In this document: in pieces, positions 7,592 to 16,535 of the stretch
Layout of the letters: each line of letters starts with the position of its first letter
Position numbering within the stretch: the stretch's first letter is position 1
Source of the DNA: an uncultured Nitrososphaeria archaeon
GTDB lineage: Archaea > Thermoproteota > Nitrososphaeria_A > Caldarchaeales > Wolframiiraptoraceae
Assembly (NCBI GenBank): GCA_964396455.1
Contig: CAYNFG010000004.1
Coordinates: 4,161 to 36,160 of the forward strand
DNA: 32,000 bases
Direction of reading: 5' to 3'
Program-made: the position numbers and the translations under genes
The notes under the pieces: model-generated
What the model was told of the DNA's origin: nothing
The model's database searches: none
What the model saw: only the letters and a program-made list of their open reading frames with translations

Positions 7592-8161
7592 ATGTCTGAG
7601 AAAAGCGAGTGGGCCTCGCCGGCAGCATTAGGTCTCGCCGGCTTCGGCCTTACGACAGTTCTCCTGAATATCCATAATGCCGGATTATTCGCCATACCTA
7701 CGATCACCTTCTGCCTAGGCTTCTTCTATGGTGGAGCGGTGCAGTTTACAGCAGGGCTTATCGAAGGAAGGAGAGGCGATATCTTCGGACTAACCGCCTT
7801 TACATCCTATGGCGCATTCTGGATAGCATTATCCCTAGCGATAGTATTGGATGCGCTGAACATCCTTAAGATCACGCCGGTTGAGCTGGGCTATACGATG
7901 CTGCTCTGGGGTCTCTTCACCCTATATATGACCGTCGGCTCGTTTAAGGTCTCGAGATTCGCCATACCGCTAGTATTCATTACCTTAACGATACTCTTCT
8001 TCCTGCTGGCGGCCGGAAACTTCATCGTCGCGGCAACCGGCTCGCCGATAATTATTAGAATCGCCGGCATAGAAGGAATATTCTGCGGATTATCAGCGCT
8101 TTATGCTTCAGCGGCGATCCTGATTAATAGCCAGCTCGGCAGAACAGTTCTACCCCTTTAA
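7592..8161 (+). CDS. satP: GPR1/FUN34/YaaH (AceTr/SatP) family acetate/succinate transporter
   Basis: N-terminal (N)PAALGLAGFG family signature and the SYGAFW motif. About 6 TM segments, 189 aa. Confidence 0.8.
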   Translation: MSEKSEWASPAALGLAGFGLTTVLLNIHNAGLFAIPTITFCLGFFYGGAVQFTAGLIEGRRGDIFGLTAFTSYGAFWIALSLAIVLDALNILKITPVELGYTMLLWGLFTLYMTVGSFKVSRFAIPLVFITLTILFFLLAAGNFIVAATGSPIIIRIAGIEGIFCGLSALYASAAILINSQLGRTVLPL

Positions 8162-8170
8162 TAGCGTCCT

Positions 8171-8187
8171 CTTTTTATCCCCTTTTC
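8171..8187 (+). terminator. Oligo-T tract terminator candidate
   Basis: CTTTTTATCCCCTTTTC begins about 10 nt after the satP-like stop codon. Archaeal termination commonly uses T-runs. Confidence 0.35.
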
Positions 8188-8245
8188 CTCAGATAAGGTT
8201 TTCTACAAGCCGGTAGAAGATAGATTTTGAGGTGAGCCTCTTAGC

Positions 8246-9463
8246 TTGGTGGAGGTTCGGATAGGGCTTATAGGCAAGACCAATACCGGGAAGACCACCT
8301 TCTTTAACGCAGCCACTCTTGGAGCTGCCGAGGTCTCCACCTACCCCTTTACGACCAAGGAGCCGAACTATGGAATAGCCCACGTCGTTACCCTATGCGT
8401 TTGCAAGGAGTTCGGCGTCAAGGATAATCCTAGGAACTCGAAGTGTATTGATGGATGGCGGCATATACCCATCGAGCTTATAGACTTGCCAGGATTGATT
8501 AAGGGAGCTTGGGCTGGTAAGGGTCTTGGGAATCAATTCCTCTCGGTGGCGTCGCAATCCGACGCCCTACTCCACGTAGTTGATGCTAGCGGAAGCGTCG
8601 ATGAGGAAGGTAGATTGACCGAGCCGGGAACCGGAGACCCGCTTGCAGACTACTACGATATAGAGGAGGAGCTGATAATGTGGTTCATAAAGCTGTTAGA
8701 CCGATCCGAGGATAGGATAATCAGGGGGTTGAGAAAAGGGCTTGATCTGCCCGAGGCAATGGAGGAAGTCTTTAAGGGGATAAAGGTTTCAGCTCAGGAT
8801 ATTAGGAAGGCGTTAGAGGTAACAGGTCTCGAAAGAAAAGATTTCGAAAACTGGACCCCGTCGGATGATAGGAAATTCGCCACCGCCTTAAGGGAGATCT
8901 CGAAGCCGACGATAATAGTTGCGAATAAAATGGATTTGGATACCGCTCCAGAGAACTTCAAGAGGCTTAGAGACCAGCTTGTGGATAAGATCGTAATTCC
9001 ATGTAGTGCTGAGGCCGAGCTGATACTTAGAAGAGCGGAGCAGAAAGGACTGATAAAATATGTTCCAGGCGAGGAGAAGTTTGAGATAATAAACGAGTCA
9101 GCTCTAACCGATAGACAGAAATGGGCTTTAGACATAATTAGACATAAGATACTCGACGAATACATGAGGACAGGCGTCCAGTTCGCCTTAAACGTAGCTG
9201 TATTCAAGCTCCTGAAAATGAACACCGTCTACCCAGTTTACGACGTTCAGAAACTCTCAGACCATAAAGGGAACGTCCTCCCGGACGCGTATCTAATGCC
9301 GGACGGGGCCACGGTCGAGGATTTAGCAAGAGAAATTCATAGCGATCTCGCTAAGGGGCTCTTATACGCCATCGATGCTAGGACGGGATTAAGATTACCA
9401 GCAAGCTATAAGATAAAAGATAGGGATGTCCTCTCCATAGTCTCAAGCTCTAGAAGGGGTTGA
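8246..9463 (+). CDS. Obg-like GTPase with C-terminal TGS domain (Ygr210/PH0525-like)
   Basis: G1 GKTNTGKTT, G3 DLPGL, and G4 NKMD (GTP-specific). The C-terminal TGS-like region ends in KDRDVLSIV. TTG start, with GAGGTGA upstream. Confidence 0.8.
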   Translation: MVEVRIGLIGKTNTGKTTFFNAATLGAAEVSTYPFTTKEPNYGIAHVVTLCVCKEFGVKDNPRNSKCIDGWRHIPIELIDLPGLIKGAWAGKGLGNQFLSVASQSDALLHVVDASGSVDEEGRLTEPGTGDPLADYYDIEEELIMWFIKLLDRSEDRIIRGLRKGLDLPEAMEEVFKGIKVSAQDIRKALEVTGLERKDFENWTPSDDRKFATALREISKPTIIVANKMDLDTAPENFKRLRDQLVDKIVIPCSAEAELILRRAEQKGLIKYVPGEEKFEIINESALTDRQKWALDIIRHKILDEYMRTGVQFALNVAVFKLLKMNTVYPVYDVQKLSDHKGNVLPDAYLMPDGATVEDLAREIHSDLAKGLLYAIDARTGLRLPASYKIKDRDVLSIVSSSRRG

Positions 9464-9467
9464 AGGC

Positions 9468-9956
9468 CTATTCTAAGGGAGCTAGATAATAGCTGGTTAA
9501 TCCATCCTCCCTCTTCGAGAAAATCAATTTCACCGGCATTCCACGCCGAAGCTTATTCGGCTCATCGGATTTTATCCATGCGAGAACCCTAAATCCATCC
9601 TCCATCTCGGCAATCCCAACAATATAATCTCCGAATTTCTGATAGCTTTCAGGCTTAACATTCACGATGGTGTATGCCAGCAGCCTACCCTTCTCAGCCA
9701 CCCGAATCCACTCAACCTCCCCAGACCCGCATCTAGAGCATTCGAGCCTCGGAGGAAAATACCTCGATCCGCATTTAGAACAACGCGTCCCATATAGCTC
9801 GCCCTTGCTCAATCCCTCGAGGAATTTCTTAAGCCTAGAAACCGGAATTAAGTATTCCAGCTTCAGGGATCTAGGATCCTTCCAGAGGAGGGCTCCGGTT
9901 TTCTCATCGAGGATTATCGGAAAATGTTTCTGGAGATCTGTTGGAGAGCTCATCAT
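9468..9956 (-). CDS. DUF35-family Zn-ribbon plus OB-fold protein (scaffold-type partner of thiolase/HMG-CoA synthase)
   Basis: CSKCGSRYFPPRLECSRCGS rubredoxin-like ribbon followed by an OB-fold-like C-terminal half. 162 aa. Confidence 0.7.
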   Translation of the reverse strand: MMSSPTDLQKHFPIILDEKTGALLWKDPRSLKLEYLIPVSRLKKFLEGLSKGELYGTRCSKCGSRYFPPRLECSRCGSGEVEWIRVAEKGRLLAYTIVNVKPESYQKFGDYIVGIAEMEDGFRVLAWIKSDEPNKLRRGMPVKLIFSKREDGLTSYYLAPLE

Positions 9957-10048
9957 TCTAAGGCAACTAGGATGCTATGCTAAAAAGGTTATCTAGCTAA
10001 ATCGGGTAACTATTAAAAGGATGCAGGAGGAGAAAGGTTTGAAAATTT

Positions 10049-10297
10049 ATGGTGAGGGAGCCGAAGCATATCATTAAGGTTCAGAAGGCTGAGAAGCCCT
10101 TACGAATTCCGAAAGAGATTTCTGAAGCCCTTAAGGGAGCGCTTGGCGGAAGACTATTAAATCGAAGAGAGTATGTTGAATGCCCGGTTAAGGGCGAGCA
10201 GGTTCCCTTTCCCCAATGCTTTCTCTGCAAGTCCTTCATAAGGAGAGTAAGGGGGTATGTCTATTGTTCTGGGGAGGGTTATGAGCTAAAGGCTTAG
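10049..10297 (+). CDS. Hypothetical small basic protein with four Cys (82 aa)
   Basis: ORF with GGAGGAG about 20 nt upstream and a candidate TATA (CTATTAAAAGG). Cys residues at 45, 57, 60 and 73. No family recognised. Confidence 0.45.
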   Translation: MVREPKHIIKVQKAEKPLRIPKEISEALKGALGGRLLNRREYVECPVKGEQVPFPQCFLCKSFIRRVRGYVYCSGEGYELKA

Positions 10298-10361
10298 CCG
10301 ATAGCCTTTCTTCCCCGGAAAATGCATAGATTAAAATATGGTCGTGTGAGGCAAAAGTTCG

Positions 10362-12434
10362 ATGAGTAAGCCGATGGGCGGAAGGCTTTTGACAAGCATT
10401 CGAAGGCTCTTTCAAGACAGGATCGGGCTTGTTGAAGCTCTCCTGCTTGTCTCAATACTCCTCCTCGGATTTCTGATCAGAATTCTTCCATCGAGATGGG
10501 GAGTCTATCTGATGGAGTTCGACCCCTGGATGCAGTATAAGGAGATGAACTATATCGTCGAGCGGGGTTGGAGGGGGTTCATAGACTTTTTCAGCTGGCA
10601 TGACCCTACCTCCTGGTATCCATACGGGAGGAATGTTGGTAAGACAGCTTTTCCCGGATTGCCCTTCATGGCCGCCTTCATCTATCATCTACTACATGGA
10701 ATCGGTATAGAGGTGAATGCCCTCGAGCTGGCGGCGATGATTCCGCCAATAATGTCTCTAATAGCGATCCTATTCGCATATCTTCTCGGAAGAGAGCTCG
10801 GCGGGAAGCCTGCCGGATTACTTTCTGCATTCCTTCTCGCGATAAGCACGGGCCATATCGAGAGGAGCTTATTCGGATGGTTTGATGACGAGTGCATCGG
10901 GATACCGTTAATGCTTATCGGCATATGGTCATATGTAAAGGCTATACAGGAAGAGAGGTCCCCGCGCGGAGTCATGGCATACTCCCTTCTCTCAGGGCTA
11001 TCGATAGGATACATGGCGGCGAGCTGGGGGGCTGCGAAGTTCCCTCTAGCATTCATCCCGATAATCACGGTTATCCTCGCATTAATTGGAAGATATAGGA
11101 GGCAGCTCCTAGTAGCATTCTCGACAACCTTCTCAACCTATACGCTGATAGCCATAATGGTTCCAAAGCTTGGGATCGGATATCTTAGAGAAGCAACGAT
11201 CCTAGTAGGATTCGCGGCATTCATAATACTACTATCCTTCGAAGTTCCAAACCTACTACCTAGAGGGGAGCGTTTTAGAAGACTGCCATACTACGTATTC
11301 GCGGCAGGGGTTGTAGGGATAGCCATTACAAGCGTTCTCGGGAGTATAGGATTACCTGGATTGAAATTCCTAAGCGTCGCGCTCCCCTGGCTTAGATATA
11401 GGCTTCCGATAATAATCTCGGTAGCTGAGAATCAGCTCTCCACCTGGAGCATAATGTTTAGAGATCTAAGCTTCCAGATAATACTGCTAGTTCTCGGACT
11501 CTATTATGCTCTTACGAGGAAGAGGGATGAGGATATAGTTTTGGCGGCATTCGCGATCTTCACAATATACTTCTCATCGACTATGGTTAGATTATCAACG
11601 CTTGCAGCTCCGGCGGTCGCGATCCTAGCGGGATTCGGACTCTCAGAGCTTGTGAGGGGGTTCGCTAGAAGCATCAAGCCCCTTCCGACCAAGACTAGGA
11701 TTCGGAGCGTCGGAATAGAATACTATCTCCTCACCCCAGCCCTGCTAGTAATGCTATTCATCTTCGCTATGACCCCCACAGCATACGGAATCAGGTATAC
11801 GCTCTCGGGAATAGATGCGGCCTATAATCCTCCAACCGTAGTATCCTCATCGATAGGAGCTAGATCTGAGATACCTGCATGGCTTAAGGCCCTCTCATGG
11901 ATGAGGGAGAATCTGCCCGATGACGCGATCGTCGCATGCTGGTGGGATTATGGATACTGGGTAACGATCCTAGGTAATAAGACGAGCATAGTGGATAACG
12001 CTACCCTAAACTCGACGCAGATAGGGGAGGTAGGCTATGCATTCATGTCCGACGAGGAGACGGCATATAGGATCTTCAAGAGCCTTGGAGCGACCCACGT
12101 CCTAATCTTCGTAACCCATTGGCCTTATGGTCAGGGCGGCCAGCTTCTAGGCTATGGCGATGAGGGTAAGTGGATCTGGATGCTTAGGATAGCCGTGCAG
12201 GAAGGCCATAAGCTGAACGAGAGCGAATATATCGATGAGCGGGGAAACCCGACCGAGAAATTCTGGGAGGAGACCACGCTTGGAAAGCTTATCCCCTTCA
12301 AGCCTACAAGGATAGGGATGCAGACGAGCTACGTATACCAGCCGGCCCAGCTTAAACACTTTAGGCTAGTCTATGAATCCGACCGACCGTATACCAGCAT
12401 AGCATACGTCTATATCTATGAGCTCGTCGACTAG
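10362..12434 (+). CDS. aglB: Archaeal oligosaccharyltransferase AglB (STT3 family)
   Basis: WWDYGYW catalytic motif, multi-TM N-terminal region with the first-loop D-x-D-type region (MEFDPWMQY), and a soluble C-terminal domain. 690 aa. Confidence 0.9.
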   Translation: MSKPMGGRLLTSIRRLFQDRIGLVEALLLVSILLLGFLIRILPSRWGVYLMEFDPWMQYKEMNYIVERGWRGFIDFFSWHDPTSWYPYGRNVGKTAFPGLPFMAAFIYHLLHGIGIEVNALELAAMIPPIMSLIAILFAYLLGRELGGKPAGLLSAFLLAISTGHIERSLFGWFDDECIGIPLMLIGIWSYVKAIQEERSPRGVMAYSLLSGLSIGYMAASWGAAKFPLAFIPIITVILALIGRYRRQLLVAFSTTFSTYTLIAIMVPKLGIGYLREATILVGFAAFIILLSFEVPNLLPRGERFRRLPYYVFAAGVVGIAITSVLGSIGLPGLKFLSVALPWLRYRLPIIISVAENQLSTWSIMFRDLSFQIILLVLGLYYALTRKRDEDIVLAAFAIFTIYFSSTMVRLSTLAAPAVAILAGFGLSELVRGFARSIKPLPTKTRIRSVGIEYYLLTPALLVMLFIFAMTPTAYGIRYTLSGIDAAYNPPTVVSSSIGARSEIPAWLKALSWMRENLPDDAIVACWWDYGYWVTILGNKTSIVDNATLNSTQIGEVGYAFMSDEETAYRIFKSLGATHVLIFVTHWPYGQGGQLLGYGDEGKWIWMLRIAVQEGHKLNESEYIDERGNPTEKFWEETTLGKLIPFKPTRIGMQTSYVYQPAQLKHFRLVYESDRPYTSIAYVYIYELVD

Positions 12435-13213
12435 CCGATATAGAGCGGCCGCCTATCCCCCCTAATCCTCTCCTGAAGCATCCTCTCATAATCCTTTCTA
12501 AACTCATCCATTAAGGCTTCCTGCTTCTCGATCTCCTCCTCAAGCTTCTCGAGATCTATCTCGAATTCCAAAGCCCTTGATAATACTCGGAGCAAGTCCC
12601 TCGCCGCAGCAGGGTCTGGGAAATACGGCATAACCTCGGCGATCAGCAGCCAAGCCTTTCCAGTCATCCTAGAGTAGAAGTACATGAGATAGGCTGAGAG
12701 CTTATCGGCCGGAATCTCGTCAAGCCTTCTTAAAAGCTTCGCACCGGACTTGAGGAAGATCTCGGCATCATTAGGATCTGAGGACGCGATATAGACTCCA
12801 CGCTCGCCCGTCAGCCTCATCCCAGATAGAAGGTAATAGCTTAACGCTCCCCTCTCAACCAGAAACCGGTATAGGGTTCTCGCGATCTCGTAACACGCCT
12901 CATTATCCTCGACTACGAAATTTCGTGAAACTAGGATTAATTTGATCTTGGGAGTTTGGTGGAGATAAAGCTCTATCCTTGGCTGGGAGGCAACCCCGTT
13001 GGAGACGAGGCTGACATGCGGGAAGTATCTCGATCTAAGCTCTCCAAGCTTGATAGGCTTCAGATTCTCGATAAGATAATTCATCGCTATCGAGGGCGCT
13101 ACACCAGCCGAGGGAGTAGCATCTATAACCCTACCACCCTCTAAGCTTGCTAAGCGCCCCTCCTCGGTTAGGATAAGCTTTACCTCCTGCGACCTATCCC
13201 CTGATTCGGGCAT
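12431..13213 (-). CDS. PAC2-family (PbaA/PbaB-like, COG1938) proteasome assembly chaperone-like protein
   Basis: GVAPSIAMNYLIENL-type N-terminal motif and a C-terminal coiled-coil tail. It occupies the conserved position downstream of nop10. I moved the start to the ATG at 13213 (MPESGD...), because the longer track ORF overlaps nop10. Confidence 0.55.
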   Translation of the reverse strand: MPESGDRSQEVKLILTEEGRLASLEGGRVIDATPSAGVAPSIAMNYLIENLKPIKLGELRSRYFPHVSLVSNGVASQPRIELYLHQTPKIKLILVSRNFVVEDNEACYEIARTLYRFLVERGALSYYLLSGMRLTGERGVYIASSDPNDAEIFLKSGAKLLRRLDEIPADKLSAYLMYFYSRMTGKAWLLIAEVMPYFPDPAAARDLLRVLSRALEFEIDLEKLEEEIEKQEALMDEFRKDYERMLQERIRGDRRPLYIG

Positions 13214-13229
13214 CGTCCAACCATCCAGC

Positions 13230-13430
13230 CTACGTAGATTTAAGTCCTTTGCCAATTCCCTCAGAATCCTTCTCCTTCTTCCTAGCCTCAACTATAAGAT
13301 CCAGATATCTATGCTTGAGAGAGATTGCCGGCGGATGCGCGGATCTTACCGGGCTTCCACATACCGGGCATGAATCCCTTCTAAGCGTATATCTACCGCA
13401 TCTAGTGCATTTATTAAGGAGGCCTGGCAT
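13230..13430 (-). CDS. nop10: H/ACA RNP subunit Nop10
   Basis: CTRCGRYTLRRDSCPVCGSPVRSAHPP zinc ribbon plus linker. It lies immediately downstream of aIF2-alpha, as in many archaea. Confidence 0.85.
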   Translation of the reverse strand: MPGLLNKCTRCGRYTLRRDSCPVCGSPVRSAHPPAISLKHRYLDLIVEARKKEKDSEGIGKGLKST

Positions 13431-13436
13431 CCTAGA

Positions 13437-14225
13437 TCACTTTAGCTGGAGTTCTCCTCTTCCACCAGCCTCTCTTATAACCGAGAGACATGCTTCCGCA
13501 ACCCTTCTAATAAGCTCCCTACCCTTCTCCTGATCCTCGGCCTCAACCCTGATGAGGTATTTAGGCGGACCTATCGAGGTTATGGATATCCTCTCGCCTT
13601 TCCCAGCCTGTTTCAAGCCTTGTGTAACGGCTTTTCGTATATATTCGACTCCATCCCCCCGTGGAACCATCATTATTAGGGTTCCTCGAACGACCGCCTG
13701 TTTAAGCCTTATCTCCTGCTTTATCAGCTCTAGAAGCTGTTTTGCAAGAGTTTTGTCAAGCTTTAGCCAGGAGGGAAGCCTCTCCTCCTCAACCGCATCT
13801 AGGAAGACATCATATAGGCTTAGCCCCCTCCTCATAGCCGGCTCCACTATAAGCTTCCTAAGCTCCTCCCTAGACCTGCCAGTTCTCTCAGCAAGAAGGT
13901 TTAGAATCCTAACGAGCTTCTGCTTCCGCTTCCATTCGAGAATCTTCCACTCCCGCTCTTTCTGAGAAACCCTTCGAAGGGATACATCCGCCTGCTTTGC
14001 GCGAGTATCAACTCTCAAGACCTTGAAGACTTCACGCTGATTCTCCCTTAGATAATCCCGAATATTCCTAATCCATTTAAGCGATATCTCCGAGATATGG
14101 ACAAGACCCTCCCAGCCCGGATACTCGAGCAAGTCTAGGTAAGCACCATATCTCTCTATCCTCTTAACAAGCCCGATCACCAGATCTCCCGGCTTCGGAG
14201 CCTCTACCTCAACGAACTCGGACAT
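13437..14225 (-). CDS. eif2a: Translation initiation factor aIF2 alpha subunit
   Basis: N-terminal S1 domain (PGDLVIGLVKRIERYGAYLDLLEYPGWEGLVHISEIS) followed by helical and alpha-beta domains. 262 aa. Confidence 0.9.
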   Translation of the reverse strand: MSEFVEVEAPKPGDLVIGLVKRIERYGAYLDLLEYPGWEGLVHISEISLKWIRNIRDYLRENQREVFKVLRVDTRAKQADVSLRRVSQKEREWKILEWKRKQKLVRILNLLAERTGRSREELRKLIVEPAMRRGLSLYDVFLDAVEEERLPSWLKLDKTLAKQLLELIKQEIRLKQAVVRGTLIMMVPRGDGVEYIRKAVTQGLKQAGKGERISITSIGPPKYLIRVEAEDQEKGRELIRRVAEACLSVIREAGGRGELQLK

Positions 14226-14279
14226 CCCGGAATATCTTCTAGATATCGCTGAATTTAAATTAGAATAGGAGATCGGGCT

Positions 14280-14480
14280 CTAGGTTAAGCCTTCCAAGAC
14301 TCTTCCAAGAATCTTCGCCTTCCCACCCTTTGGTATCGCTAGGGTCGCTCCGCAGACCTGGCACTTAACCTCGATCTTCGCATGATCGAATACGACCTGC
14401 CTATGACCGCATTCATTACACTGGACTAGGAGGAACTTTGATCGAGGCTTTGGTATAAGCTTCTCCCAGTCGAGCTCCAT
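14280..14480 (-). CDS. rps27e: Ribosomal protein eS27 (S27e)
   Basis: C4 zinc ribbon: VQCNECGHRQVVFDHAKIEVKCQVCGATL. GGAGG lies 5 nt upstream of the ATG. Confidence 0.9.
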   Translation of the reverse strand: MELDWEKLIPKPRSKFLLVQCNECGHRQVVFDHAKIEVKCQVCGATLAIPKGGKAKILGRVLEGLT

Positions 14481-14562
14481 GCCGCCTCCTAGCTCCTAAG
14501 AAATGTTCTCGATTTAACTCTTTATCTAGGTTCAGCTCCCTTCTACGGCATCTTAAGGAAGG

Positions 14563-14570
14563 CTTAAATA
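14563..14570 (+). promoter_or_regulatory. Candidate TATA box for rpl44e in the divergent rps27e/rpl44e spacer
   Basis: CTTAAATA lies about 30 nt upstream of the TTG start at 14597. Confidence 0.35.
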
Positions 14571-14596
14571 CGGGATAGAGATAAGCGAGAGTCGAA

Positions 14597-14875
14597 TTGA
14601 AGATTCCAGCAACCATAAACACGTATTGTCCTAGATGCCGGAAATATACCCCACACAAGGTTACTCTATATAAGAAGGGTAAGGATAGGGCTCTCGCGAA
14701 GGGTGCGAGGCATCACGAGCGTGAGCTTCACGGTTATGGTGGTCAAAAGTATCCGATCCAGCGGAAGAAGGCTAAGACGACCCAGAAGCAGACTCTTAAG
14801 CTGATCTGTAATGAATGCGGATATACGATCCATAAGGAGGGTATTAGGCTTAGGAAGCTTGAGATAGTCGGATAA
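14597..14875 (+). CDS. rpl44e: Ribosomal protein eL42 (L44e)
   Basis: YCPRCRKYTPHKV...GYGGQ...LICNECGY zinc-ribbon pattern. 92 aa, TTG start. Confidence 0.9.
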   Translation: MKIPATINTYCPRCRKYTPHKVTLYKKGKDRALAKGARHHERELHGYGGQKYPIQRKKAKTTQKQTLKLICNECGYTIHKEGIRLRKLEIVG

Positions 14876-16184
14876 ATTCTCTAAGCTTCTCCTCGAGGAT
14901 GCTTAGCCCCTTCTCGAGGATCTCTTCCTCAATATTTAATGGCGGGGTTAGTAGGAGGAGCGAGTCGATCCGCCTAACCAATACACCTACCCTAAAAAGC
15001 TCATCGACGATCTTTTGAGCGATGAGCTTGGATCTAGCCTCGGTCTCGCCTACGATCCCCATTCCGATAAGCATGCCAAGCCCCCCAACCCTCCAAGAAA
15101 CATCCATATCCGCGATTAGATCTTTAAGCCTTCCAAGAATTCTTCTGCCAAGCCTCTCGCTCCTCTCGACAAGCCCCTCCTCCCGGATCACCCTCAAAGT
15201 AGCTAAGGCTGAAGCTATCGAGAGCTGGCATCCACCCGTGAGAGATTCATACATTCCAGGCTCCAAGTCCATCAGATCCTCTCTAGCTATGAGAACCCCC
15301 AGCGGAATACCCGCCGAGAGCTGTGCTCCCAAGCATACGATGTCGGCTTTAGCATTCCAGTAGTCGAGGATGAACCATCTACCAGTTCTAGCGGGCGCTG
15401 TGATGGATTCATTAACGAGTAGGAGGCTTCCAAGATCCTTTGAGAGGCTTAGCAGCCGATTTACATAGCTCTCCGATGGAAAGGATAGAAACCTGCTCAC
15501 GCGTACCGGGTTAAAGATTATCGCCGCGAGATCGCCCGGAGCTATGGAGTCGATGAAACTGCGAAATATCTCTAAGCACTTGACATTACATTTATCAGGC
15601 GTTAATTCGAGGAGGCAGTCCTCGCAGCCATGATCCATGAAATATACCATGTCTAGTATTCTCGTCGAGATCCTCCTCTCGCGGACATCCGTCGATGCCA
15701 TTAGCGAGTATCCCACGACCCCGTGATATTCTCCGAAGAAGCTTGCCACCGTGCTTTTGCCAGAATGCCATTTGGCAGACCTTATTCCGGCATCAACAGC
15801 CTCATCCACGCTATTACAGAAGATGAGTCTAACATCGCCTCTTATCGGAACTATTTTAGATAGCTCTTCGGCAAGCTCAACCGCCTCCTCGGAATACGCC
15901 GCAACCAAGCTATATGAAGAAGCTTTATCCAGCTGCTCCCTAACTGCTTTCACAACTTCTGGATGGCTTCCGCCGATCGGCAGGAGTCCGAAGCCTGCCG
16001 TAAAATCGATATACAGATTACCATTAACATCCTCTACGATCGAGCCATCAACGCGTTTTACGACCATCGGGAAGAGCCGCTTATAGGATCTAGCCATAAG
16101 ATCGACATCCCTAGAGATGAGTTCTCCAGCTTTACCGCTAGTCGATGGCTTCAATATTCTGGGTATATCCTTCCCGCTCTTCAA
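14850..16184 (-). CDS. Class-III (acetylornithine/GABA-type) aminotransferase homologue lacking the catalytic lysine, probably non-catalytic or repurposed
   Basis: Fold-type I class III pattern: DFTAGFG, FGEYHGVV, ARTG. In a 52-residue ungapped alignment to the E. coli GabT active-site block as I remember it, DEV becomes NES and the Schiff-base K becomes A (CLGAQLSAGIPLG). Confidence 0.75.
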   Translation of the reverse strand: MKSGKDIPRILKPSTSGKAGELISRDVDLMARSYKRLFPMVVKRVDGSIVEDVNGNLYIDFTAGFGLLPIGGSHPEVVKAVREQLDKASSYSLVAAYSEEAVELAEELSKIVPIRGDVRLIFCNSVDEAVDAGIRSAKWHSGKSTVASFFGEYHGVVGYSLMASTDVRERRISTRILDMVYFMDHGCEDCLLELTPDKCNVKCLEIFRSFIDSIAPGDLAAIIFNPVRVSRFLSFPSESYVNRLLSLSKDLGSLLLVNESITAPARTGRWFILDYWNAKADIVCLGAQLSAGIPLGVLIAREDLMDLEPGMYESLTGGCQLSIASALATLRVIREEGLVERSERLGRRILGRLKDLIADMDVSWRVGGLGMLIGMGIVGETEARSKLIAQKIVDELFRVGVLVRRIDSLLLLTPPLNIEEEILEKGLSILEEKLREFIRLSQAS

Positions 16185-16215
16185 AACCTTCTCCTAGAAA
16201 GGGTCTTTTGAGAGG

Positions 16216-16485
16216 TTATAAGGTTATCACAGCTTTTAAGACCCCAACGTATCTGACTTTCCCATCGTCTTTTTGGAGTTCATCGCTTTCGAGGTTTATC
16301 TCCTTGATCTTGAGACTGGAGTAGAATCCTTGCTTTAACAGCATGATTGTTCGGATGCAGTTCTCGATGTTTCTACCCCTAGCCCTCAGGACTATCTCCC
16401 TCTCCCCACGATTGAATAGGGTGATGCAGGCTGTAACATATCTCATCGCATCCTTTCTCCCAACTATAACCAAGGGTCTTCTCAT
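16216..16485 (-). CDS. albA: Chromatin / RNA-binding protein Alba
   Basis: VIVGRKDAMRYVTACITLFNRGEREIVLRARGRNIENCIRTIMLLK matches the Alba core. I placed the start at the ATG at 16485; the track uses an upstream TTG at 16506. Confidence 0.85.
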   Translation of the reverse strand: MRRPLVIVGRKDAMRYVTACITLFNRGEREIVLRARGRNIENCIRTIMLLKQGFYSSLKIKEINLESDELQKDDGKVRYVGVLKAVITL

Positions 16486-16535
16486 CCGCCAGCTAAGATA
16501 AGTCAAAACGGAGTAGTTATGTTTTTCTAAGAAGC

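Noticed and set aside
13214-13291. N-terminal extension of the PAC2-like ORF overlapping nop10.
   Set aside because: The ATG at 13213 lies just downstream of the nop10 stop. The extension is Arg-rich sequence read from the nop10 region in another frame.
14416-14658. 80-aa minus-strand ORF spanning the rps27e/rpl44e spacer.
   Set aside because: It overlaps the starts of both ribosomal protein genes and their promoter region, and it has no recognisable features.
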